Part shown: positions 37,201-49,200 of the stretch, one piece after another | How the letters are laid out: every line of letters begins with the position of its first letter | Position numbering within the stretch: the stretch's first letter is position 1 | Assembly (NCBI GenBank): GCA_964035545.1 | Contig: OZ037767.1 | Location: forward strand, 20,662,628-20,726,627 | Source: Bugula neritina | Taxonomy: Eukaryota > Animalia > Bryozoa | Direction: 5' to 3' | DNA: 64,000 nucleotides | Translations under genes and position numbers: made by a program | The notes under the pieces: generated by a model | What the model saw: only the letters and a program-made list of their open reading frames with translations | Told to the model about the DNA's origin: nothing | The model's database searches: none

Positions 37201-40200
37201 AATTTTCATACTTTATGAAAAGTTGCTTTGTTCCAGTGTGTAACATAATCAACCATTTTCCACAGTAAAATCAGGAGATTTCACATTTTACAGAATAATT
37301 TTGTACACACCACACTTTATCATTTATGTCACAATTACTATATAATACAAAAGTTAAGGTCAAAACACACAAGCCAAAACTTGAGCCAGAAATCAGTCAA
37401 CGTTGGAAACAATTGAGGAAAAATACCAAGTGCTAAATCTCTTTGAGAACAAAATTTGTTCATTATTTATGGCGATAGTACAGAGTGAGTGCAAACTTCC
37501 CATAGTTTAAAGTTTTATTTAAATTTTACTAATTTCCACTTTATTTTCGCAGAGTGTGTTTATAATTTCAGTCACTTTCTATGTGTAGCTGTATGTATCA
37601 CAACCCTAAGATAGTCTTAAGATTCAGAGTAATAAATGCTAATGAAAGGCGACTATTTAAAGCAGTGAAAACTCTGCAGTGGTTGTTAGAATAAGCTTAT
37701 TATACGCTCCACTCGGGAGTTATCTACTCTACGGAATCATTAGTACACAGACTGCTACTGCTACATTCAATCAGGAGAATTCCACTAGCAGAGTACAACA
37801 CAGTAACCATTAAAAACTCTCGACAAGATCTGGTAGTTGGCATAGCGACACAATCAGAGATGTCAAAATAGTTGGCCAGTCTGGCATCTTACATGAACAG
37901 CAAATTACTTCAACTATATTTCAACTATTTTCAAGATATGAGCTAGCTAACACATTACTTCACAAGGTTCACAGTACATACAGGGAATTATCCATATAAA
38001 ATACTTTTCTAGATCTACTTCAAAACCTACGGCCTACATTGATAAATAAATTTATCTCGAGACTGACAAAAGAGGACAACCTCCGAAGAAAGACAGTAGA
38101 GAAAGAGAAACTACGGTGCTACGATTAGAGGTTAGCCAGTGAAAGCGCAAGTCAATTGCATGAGAAGACAAATTACAAAAATCAGTGCTGCTCAGTGATT
38201 TTAGATTGAAAATAGCGAGAAGATTAGACAGGAGCAAGTATACTGAGCGGCGTACTAGATTTGGGGTGTCGTGCCTTGGGCAGCCCAAGACGACTGATGT
38301 CTCCAGTGGTCATACACCTAGCACCCATGTTAGACTGAGACTTCACCTGCGCAGGCCGAGTTTTAAGAGGGTTACTGGGTGGTCGTGACACCCGCAACTT
38401 ACTTATTGTAGACAGATTAGCCTGAGAAACTGCAAATAATAAAGTGACGTCTCAACATCAGCTACAACGGTATACACTAACACTTGGTAAAACATGCATT
38501 CGAATCAAAGAAATAAAATGAAACAATACTTCTGCTAACCCAGCATTATAGCACAAATACCTGATAGGTCAGATTTCTTGCTTCTGTCCGCGATGTCAGT
38601 AGGGAGGGGTCTGGCAACGCTGAGTCTAGCCACACTCTTCTTTAGGTTGTCGGGCAACTCTGTGGTAGGCTTAGGTTTAGCTGCTGGTGCTACAACAGCA
38701 CATCGTGTGATGTAACATGTTAATAACACTCAGAGTGATTGAATAAGTACAAGATTACCGTACAGACAAGACGGGCGATGTGATTGGAGGAAAGTTGAGA
38801 GATTATCTGTGTAATGATAGACCCCCACAGAGCCAGTCTAACAGAGAGAAACAAGTCTGATGATTGTGGAATTCTTACATGCAAAATCAGCTTCTAACAA
38901 CCAGCAGCCATTTCACAATACATGGTGCAGTGCATGCGGCCTGTACAGTATAATACAATATTGTACTTACACAGTATAACATACTACTGTAATATATACA
39001 TGTAGCCTACACTGTATAATACTACACTGTAATATATGCATGTAGCCTACACTGTATAATACTACACTGTAATATATGCATGTAGCCTAAGTATATAAAG
39101 TAATCTGAAAGCAAGGAAGCCACCACCAATCCACCTCAAAGGAGTTGCACAGGGCAGGAGACACTAGCTATCTCACCAGCTGGACCACTAACCATGCCTA
39201 CACAGCTGGTTGTGGGGAGAGCAAAGCTGAAGTCTATTAGGGTTACTAGAAGAACATGAGGTACAGAGCAATCAGAGTATGTAGACCAGACGCAGCCACC
39301 AGAGGCAGCAGGGACGGCAGCACCACCACCACACAGACATCAGCTGCATGCAAATAATCACAATAAACAGGGAGCTGCATGCCAGTTGGGTTGAAGGGAA
39401 GTTACCTCCTCCTATGTCGCCACTACTATTAGCCTTAGGGTTCCCGTTAGCCTTAGACTTGCTGGCAGCAGTGCTGCAGGTAGACAGTCTGTTGACACTA
39501 CGACTCAGTCTATCACTGAGAGCGGGAGAGCCTGGGGCCCCCGAGGACCTGGCGTCAGAAGACTTAGCCCTAGCACCAGATGCAGTGATGAGACTAACAG
39601 GGGAGAAAGATATGCGTGCCTTCCCTCTCTGCCCTTGCTGCAAAGCTGTTGGTGTGAAATAAAACCAGACAGTAGTACAATGTTTACCATGGAGCTGATG
39701 GGATTACAGGAGAAGGAAGAGTACAATACTGTACAACGGCGGCAAGCGTACCACAACAGTGGTAAGCGTACCACAACAGTGGTAAGCGTACCACAACAGT
39801 GGTAAGCGTACCACAACAGTGGTAAGCGTACCACAACAGTGGTAAGCGTACCACAACAGTGGTAAGCGTACCACAACAGTGGTAAGCGTACCACAACAGT
39901 GGTAAGCGTACCACAACAGTGGTAAGCGTACCACAACAGTGGTAAGCGTACCACAACAGTGGTAAGCGTACCACAACAGTGGTAAGCGTACCACAACAGT
40001 GGTAAGCGTACCACAACAGTGGTAAGCGTACCACAACAGTGGTAAGCGTACCACAACAGTGGTAAGCGTACCACAACAGTGGTAAGCGTACCACAACAGT
40101 GGTAAGCGTACCACAACAGTGGTAAGCGTACCACAACAGTGGTAAGCGTACCACAACAGTGGTAAGCGTACCACAACAGTGGTAAGCGTACCACAACAGT

Positions 40201-43200
40201 GGTAAGCGTACCACAACAGTGGTAAGCGTACCACAACAGTGGTAAGCGTACCACAACAGTGGTAAGCGTACCACAACAGTGGTAAGTAAACATAAACTTA
40301 TAACACAGGTGGGTAGAAAACAATAAGATACCATTTCATTGGTGAAATGAACTTGCTTACATATTAGGGATGCAAAGTCATTCCACCAGTGAGAAGACAA
40401 CCCCCAGGCGAGACCCTCATAAGGTAAAGGCGGTAGTAGGTATGCTCAACTTAAGATTATTGAAAAGCACTGCTAGTGACGGTAGATCCATGCAGAGTCT
40501 ATGTAGCAGCAAATGCATACAGAAAGTTAATTGGATGCAAGACACAATCACAGCTGACAGCCTACCTCCCTCCCAACTACTTACAATGATCTGTTTGGTT
40601 AGACGACACCGTGCCCGCACTAATTCTACGGTGGCGGCTGGCTGCGTCTTGGGGACGCTTGTTGCTCGCCCCGCTAATATTGGTGGTACTCTTTGAGAGA
40701 GGCCGGGCTATGTACATGGCAGAGCTATCCTGACTGGTTGATCTCGGAGAAGATACTTCCCCGGGGGTTGCCGAGCCAGGTCGGGGAGAATCTAAACAGA
40801 TTGGTAGAAACAAGAATAAACTTGAAAACATGCAACATGCAATACACCACATGTCTACAACAAAGTCATAACAGTCAAGGAATGACAACTCTAAGTTGTT
40901 GAAAAAAGCTAGGCTACATAATCACAAATCTTGAAGCATAATACACAGATGGAATAAAAAATGCTTGACATGCATACGACAGTTACAGTACAAAAACTAC
41001 ACAGCGGAAACTCTACTCAGTGGATGCAGCTATATATAAGATATTGCTAATATCGGAGTGGAAACAGGCAGAAAAACTTAGCTAAGAATTGGCTCAGAAT
41101 GCAGGCAAGCAGGTTAGGAAAAGCTTCATTCAAAACTCAACAAAATGAAAAGTAAATTTAGTAAATTGGGAGTTGTGCCCCCAATGAGGAAATGGATTAA
41201 GATTAGTAAATGACATGTGGTGGTGTGTTAGACAAACTAGTGTGTGTACTGTGTAGTAAGTGTTAATAGAGAAATGTGGAAGGGGGGGAGGGGGTTAGAT
41301 GTTGAGCATACCCCATCTTACCTCTCCGGTACACAAAGTACACGGGGGACGGGGTTCGGTCACCCAACAACACATCCGAGCTGAACACACTCTCTATAAT
41401 TGTGTGAGACATTAGGGAGTTGTGTCACCACAATACATGGTCTGTAGTGTGCTAACACTAACAACGTGTACTTTTCTTATAAAAAAAGTTGGATATAACA
41501 GACTTGAGAAAATAAGTAACACCAAGTAACAAAGTGTTTGTTACAGTGAGAGGTATTAGGACAATATCACGGAGGAGAATAACAATACTGTGCATGGAAA
41601 CAGTAAATATATAAGAGGTGAAAGACAACCTTACGGCCACCTCAGCTCACAGTTATACTACACATTGGACTTTTTCTATACACAAGGACATAGCATCTGC
41701 AAGATGTTTGGTGTGGTGTGAACCCCCTGTGGCACCACTGCAGCATCTACAGCTTGCTTGGCCACATTCACAGCTGCAGGTGTGTACAGGTACATACAGC
41801 TAGACTATACAGTGATGCCATACAGGGCAGATATTGATATACTTCTATCTAATCAAGTAAGATGCTGCCACTAAGGTCAAGTACCATTAAAGGCAGGTAA
41901 TGCAGCTGCTAGAGCTGTATGCTGCATACGCAGAGAGTGGCAGTATCAATACAGAGTAGAAGTACTTAGTACAGAGTAGAAGTACTTAGTACAGAGTAGA
42001 AGTACCAATACAGAGTAGAAGTACTCAGTACAGAGTAGAAGTACTAATACAGAGTAGAAGTACTAATACAGAGTAGAAGTACTAATACAGAGTAGAAGTA
42101 CCAATACAGAGTAGAAGTACCAATACAGAGTAGAAGTACTCAGTACAGAGTAGAAGTACTAATACAGAGTAGAAGTACCAATACAGGGTAGAAGTACTAA
42201 TACAGAGTAGAAGTACTCAGTACAGAGTAGAAGTACTCAGTACAGAGTAGAAGTACTAATACAGAGTAGAAGTACTTCTATTAGATTTATCCTACCAACT
42301 AATCAGCTATAACAGAGCTGCATGTCTATTGATCTATTGATTGCATTGGCAAGTTAGAGAAAGACACATGACGCATGGCTATGAAGTTGTTAGAGAAGTA
42401 TGTAATCGCAAAGGGAGACAAACCGATATCCTGGTCTTTCTCTAACCTCCACTTAACGCAAGGTACAGGTTTGGCTGGGGCCCGTCACCTGGTTTATAGC
42501 ACACCCAGCATTTGAGACACTTTAGAAACCCTCCGAGTCTTTTGAGAACAACTAGTTGTTTTCCTTTCAGAATTTTACAATATGCACCACTACTATGAAA
42601 AACATCTGAGGGTGCCTGAAGTGTTTCTAGCACCAAACAGAAAGAGTAAAGAAGGTGCACCCAAAATTAGAGTTCCGTTCTGAGCAAAGACTTTGTACAC
42701 GCCTTAAAAGCTTAATTATATCATAATGAAATTATAAAAAATGGCTGATAAATTTATTCAAAATTTCACTCGAAAATTAACAAAAAACATAGTTCACTAA
42801 TTTGTGTGATTTGCTCAGAGCAGAGCTCTTTCAGTTAGAGGGGACTAAAAGAGAGACAGAGAGTAAGGTGTTAGCTTGCCTGCATGAGCACTCGCTGCCC
42901 GCCTGTGGTACGCATGAAACCTAGGGCAAACATTACCGTGGTCGGCCTCGTCACCAGACGCTGCCGATGTGGACTTCCTCATGGCTGACAGGTTGAGTTG
43001 CGACATAGACCGGGAGCCGGGAGAGGAAGTGAGAATGATGTCTTCAAATCTTGGCGCAGAGGAGCCAAAGCCGAATGACTCGTGTTTGCCCCGGCGCTGC
43101 TTCGTCTCCATCTCGGCTCTGTTTGCTCTCTCGATTCTCCTCTTCAGGAAGTTCCTCTTCCTCTCCTAGAAACAACCAGTACTTGGAATAACATCTGTGA

Positions 43201-46200
43201 CTGTACCGGAGCATCTGATTGGTTGAGTGAGTACACAACAGCCAATGGTGGTTGCACTGCCTAATATAATTTCAAAAATCAACTTTCAAGTTTAGTGAGT
43301 GATTTAATGGAAGAGCTAAAGAGGCACAGATGTTTGAAATCTAAGAAGTTGTCCGACCGTGAATTAAAACGCCAAAATTTTTAAACATGAATGGTTCACA
43401 AAAATATACATCTCTATGCTTAAATAGAAGTCTATTAGAGTAAGCTACTTCATTTATATTCAATTTCTGACCTCAACATGAAATGAGGTTTAATAATAGA
43501 GCAACTGAACGGATTTTGTCTTCATAGATATAAGATAGTATTAACTTTGATTTCGAATGAAACTGTGCAGTTAAAACCATAAAACAGGATAAGATTTCAA
43601 CATAAAGTTAAAGCATATGCAGAGATATTGAGTGAGAGCTAGGTGGATATATTATTCTTCTGGTGCAGTGTGGAGAGATCCAAACAGTTCACAAAGTCAA
43701 AGATCATACTAGATATTCTCATAGAAAACAACTTTGCCTGGGAAACACAAATTCAAAATAACTTAAGAAAACTTAGGCTACTGTAAAACGGATGACTAGG
43801 TGTGCAGTAACATACAAACACCAGTGACTAGTGACTAGTGAAATAATACGTATGACTGGAGAAGAACAAAAGCTCACTTCGTAATCTGTGTATGAAGTAG
43901 ACACCACCTAAGGAAATATTTGCTTGTCAACACATAGTAAATACAGGACACTGGTTATCACAATCTGAGGGAATTGTATTGTTGTGGAGGTATAAGACAG
44001 TATCTTAGCTTCACTGCTTCATCACCTGCCTTGAGGAATTAAATTAGTAACTCCTGCAATCTTCACAATGAAACTATTAGGTGTTATGCCTCACCTCCTG
44101 CAGCTTATATTTTCAACTTTTGGTAAACCGAAGCATTAAACATCTAATAAAACTGACTGTACTTCTATAATGAAGATAAAACATTTGTAAGACATGTTGA
44201 CTGCAGCTCAGAAAGGTCTATTGTTAAATCAAGATATACTGGAGTTATTAGTAAACAGGTAAAACATGACACACTGCAATGTGAAGGAAATGCCACGGTA
44301 ACCATGGTTTCATGTAGTAGAGCTGAACTATGAGCTACCAACACTGCCTATTAATGCTAAATAGTAACTTAACAAATTATACATTATGAATGCAAGAGTG
44401 TGAGTAATGGGTGATGGTTTCACCTAAGACATGTGATGTAATAGTGAGACGGCCTGAAGAAGAGAGGACACTGTATTGTATAACAGATAAAAGATGCAAT
44501 GACATCCCATTGTGCTGTTAATGTGGAACCCGAGCTGCACACAGCTTACATGAGGATAGCATAACTCAGCAGCAAGTCTTTTCTCCTTGCTCAGTGACTG
44601 AACATAAAGTCGGGCAGAAAGTCAATCTGCTGTTTTACATGTGTGAATAATAGCAAGAGATGAGCCCCGATTCACCGCAACACATTAGTTTATAGCATAC
44701 AGGAAGATTGTAACTAGGTTAGAGTTTTCCAAGTTGTCTTCCCTTACTAACTACTACTGCAGGGCGATTTCAATTTGACAATTAATTTTCTTGAACTTGA
44801 AGATTTACCATAGATTTGATAAACATGGTGAATGGACCAAGTTTGCCATGTAAGAGTAACTTGATATTACATCCTGAACATACACAGTGAAACCAGAGGG
44901 AAATAGCACACACCTTGCATACAATCAGCCTTAGCCTGTTGACCACTAAATGACCAGCCCTACGGCCAAGTAAAGCCAATTCAACACTCAATGTGTCGCA
45001 GAACTTAGCAACTGTCAAATTCACAGTATAAACTAAATTATATGTTTTGACCATGAGAAATATTCCTACATGATTACCTATACACAAGATGTTCTATTTC
45101 CGGAAAAGTACGAAGCACTAGAAAATGAAATCACAGCTAGAAAAGATAGGATTACTAACTGGAGGTGCTACACTAAGAACTGCAACTGACTTTACCAGCA
45201 AGGCTCTCTGTATTCTGTCTTCCCTTTTCAAATTGATCAGACTTTGAGATTCCAACACGTCAACATTAGACCCAGTCTCTGACCGGTGGTCGGCCAGGTA
45301 GCGGGCGACCTCCGTGTCAATGCTGCTAGCCAAGGACATCTGGTCGTCATCCCTCGTTGACGTTGAGCTACGACGTCTGCGCTGACTCACCAACTCATGC
45401 AGTGAGTCATGGTGAGAGTGAGAGTGGTGGCACTGGCATCCGTTTGTGATGATTGGAACATACACGATGGTCTGGTGCCCAGAGGCGGGAGATATCGGAC
45501 TACCAGAACTGGAGGGTCTACGACTAGGACTGTCAGCGGGTGAATAGAGCGGAAGGGTTTGGGAAGTCCAGGCATATCCTGATGGGGACTGCACAGAGGG
45601 CACCAAAGTGTATTCACCAGGATTACCAGGTGACTTGAGGGATCTAGGAGACTTGGTGTGAAGTCTGGTGGAGGAGATGGGGACCTTCTCCCTGCCACCC
45701 CCAACAGTTGTCTTTCTAGACAGATGATAGTTGGCCATGCTAGTAGAAGTACAGTTATCTTTACTACTTGAAGAGATCACAGGATTTACTCTCAGAGGTA
45801 AAGTGTTTGTTTGCCTAACACTGTTATCTAAATGATCTATACTAGTATATGGATCTATACTAGTAAATGTATCTAGACTAGTGAATGTATCTACACTAGT
45901 GGATGTATTTACACTAGCGGATGCCCTGCCCCCCTCCCCTATATCAATGTCTACACACTGCATGCCACCACTGCTGAGATTCAGACTGCATACCGACTCA
46001 TCTGCTCTTCGAATAGTTTCCTCCAAGTACTCCAGACTTGACATAGTTGCTGCCGATTGCTTGACCACAGGTGATGTCACAGTTTTATTGTCAGCACTCT
46101 GTACACCAGAGGAACAGCTACTAAGTGTTGCAGACTGTTGAGTGACGTCTGCTGTCTGACTAGGAGCAGCAGACGTATTAGTAATACTAGCAGACGTGTC

Positions 46201-49200
46201 CAGTACCCGCTCTCTCCCAATCTTTAGTATACCCTTAACAGGAGTGGGCTTCAGTATTGGGATCATCGACTCGATTTGAATATTCTGAGTTGGCGTAGGA
46301 GGAGATAAGTCAAGAGATTCCAACTTACTTGATCTCTCCTCTTCAATCAGTGAGAGCTCACGGGGACTAGACTTGGATTTGTTACGAAGTATCACTGATG
46401 TTTCCGTTGTGTTTCTAATATCTTTTATCTCTGGCATGTTGTTGGAATTAGAATCCATTTTGTCTCTTAATCAGCTGAGATTTGAGCAGTGAACAAGCTA
46501 GCAAATCAATTCTAGTTGTCTTCTAGTGTTTCATGTAACCTTTCAGAGCATACTGTACTTGTAATTGTATTCCATGTCGAAGCTAACTTTCACAACAATA
46601 ATCCACAGTTTGACTAGGGTAGCCCATGTCTGAACTAAACGTTAGAATGCACTGTCTACCTACTGTACAGCTGTTTAAAACGCAGAAAATGAAGGAACAA
46701 GTAGGAATTAGCAACTCGGGATGAACATCCACCTCCTTCCAATGCTAACACTGAAATCTCGATAACAGCAACTATAAACGACGTTCGACCTAACAGCTAC
46801 TGTAACTGCCCAAAACTATGCTACTTCATACCTTTAAGTTACAGCATATGCTATTTAAATTATTTGAAATTCGTTGTGTACAATAAGCAGGTACTACACA
46901 AAAGTAAATCTCTTGCAATCTGTGAAGTCTATATTGTCACTAGACCAAATTGAGGCTGCTTTCACCTGGTGGATATTTGGTCTTGTACAGTTAATAAACA
47001 ATTTTGCATTCAACATGTTGCTAATAAACTTGTCAAAAACAATAGGCAGCTCAATTAGTCACAAATAAGGTTTCTAAACTGCTGTAAGACTTGTTTATGT
47101 TTCAATAGAATTGAATATGTTAAAAGGCAGCATGAATACTTCACTTTAGTAGCTGAGTTGATGTAATAACATTCTTATCACACTCAACAGGAGGCATATA
47201 TATAAAAGCAGCTGCCAACAATGCAGGGCTAGTGTGCGCCAAACAGTCCCACAATTTAGCAAAATTCTCAAAACCAGAGACTTGGTTGTATGATTCCACA
47301 GAATTATACGAACAGTTATCAAAGTTTACACCTGGTGCTCCTTGCTCTGCACTATGGCCATCGCACTACTGTAATAACACAAATACACTACAAGCTACTG
47401 TAAGAACACATATCCACCATATACATTGTAAGGAGCTGATAATGTGTTATGCTCCTAAATAAAACGAGTTATTCCACAATGACCTCTATAGTTATTCTAT
47501 AGTCAAGATTGAGGTGAACACAATCCTAAAACGTGTAAATCTTGCAATTTTTCCAGAAAAAAAGGAAAAGCAACTCCACAATTTAGTACTGGTAGATAAA
47601 CCAAACATGTGGATGAATGCCAACCAGATAGTAAGTTCTATAGCAGACAACTGGACAGAGAGAGGAAGATACACATTCTACCCTTAAATCTATCTCCTAG
47701 AATGAGGTTGATGTGTAACAAGTTACAGTAGCATATCAGAAAGACTGTAGGAATATAGAGTGAGAGTGTAGAGAGGGGCACAGTCTATACGCCACACTTC
47801 AGAGAGACAAATGATGTGGGCGGAGAAATATAACATGTGGGCGGGTCACAGTTCATTTACTTTTCAAACACATCACATACACACCTTAGTGTCCAATATG
47901 ATACCCTACAACACATAGCAAGTATGTGATTTCAGAGTTATCCTTCCTTACACAATGAGATACCGGAAGAAGATAATTCCATAAAACTACAGTGTGTTGT
48001 ACCTTGGTGCAAAGATTAACACTAGATGTGTAGGAATCAAAGAGTTGTCTACTTAGTAATAAACTGTTAGCAAAAAGACTGAATATGATATAGCCAAGTG
48101 TACCTATAGATAGTTCACAAGTTTCAACACAAACCTCATCAACAGCTGACCAACCTAATTGTAGATAGGAACCCTAAGCTAAAGAAAAACTCACAGTAAC
48201 CTGCAGGTGATTTTATAATAAATTTAAACTTGGCTCAAATTCATTAAAGTTCACGGAGTCCACCAAAAAGCCATAAAACAGGTAGAATAGATATTATATC
48301 AGGTTAACTTATCATTTTATTCAACTTGATTTGCCAAAAAGCAAACTGGGCACAATATAGAAGATCATGACCTGAAATATGATTGGACAAGATAACTCAC
48401 TTCCTCTTCCTGCTCCTGACGCTTCCGCCTCTCCTCTGCAGCCCTCTGTCTCTCTCCATCCTTCAGCTTCAGGTCTTCCAGTCGCTTCTTTCTGATCTCC
48501 TGTTGCTTCAGCCTCAGCTCTTCAGCTGTAAGTAGAAATACAGAGGGTGAAAGCTACTCCCCTACTGTATGTGGAGAAAAAAGGCTTGACTTACCGAGAA
48601 TAAGAAATACACAAAATTTGTAGTTGTAAACACAGTATGATTACACAAAACATTCCAAATGGTGATATGCTATCCTTCAGCAGAACACACATGCCTTCTA
48701 CAGGTGGCAAGTCCTGGCAGAACTGTCATTACTTGTTAATTATATTCTAGTGAAGACACTACCTACACAGTACACTACCTACACAGTACACTACCTACAC
48801 AGTACACTACCTACACAGTACACTACCTACACAGTACACTACCTACACAGTACACTACCTACACAGTACACTACCTACACAGTACACTACCTACACAGTA
48901 CACTACCTACACAGTGCACTACCTACACAGTGCACTACCTACACAGTGCACTACCTACACGGTACACTACCTACACAGTGCACTACCTACACAGTACACT
49001 ACCTACACAGTGCACTACCTACACAGTGCACTACCTACACGGTACACTACCTACACAGTGCACTACCTACACAGTGCACTACCTACACAGTGCACTACCT
49101 ACACAGTGCACTACCTACACAGTGCACTACCTACACAGTGCACTACCTACACAGTGCACTACCTACACAGTGCACTACCTACACAGTGCACTACCTACAC

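Noticed and set aside
38245-38374. Possible exon (…VKSQSNMGARCMTTGDISRLGLPK…) mutually exclusive with the 27-nt microexon
   Set aside because: Both its acceptor and donor are weak, so support is insufficient.
39744-40286. CRISPR-like array of palindromic repeats
   Set aside because: There are no spacers and no cas genes, and it lies in a eukaryotic intron. It is a plain minisatellite.
39505-40400. Long ORFs (190-272 aa) in three frames; likewise 20618-21142, 48750-49580, 51412-52062, 54841-55201 and 3023-3304
   Set aside because: These are translations of stop-free tandem repeats within introns, not genes.
33453-46141. Plus-strand ORFs overlapping MAP7 exons (e.g. 33453, 34041, 34672, 35495, 39348, 40370, 42969, 45881)
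   Set aside because: They are antisense shadows of coding exons with no independent splice structure.
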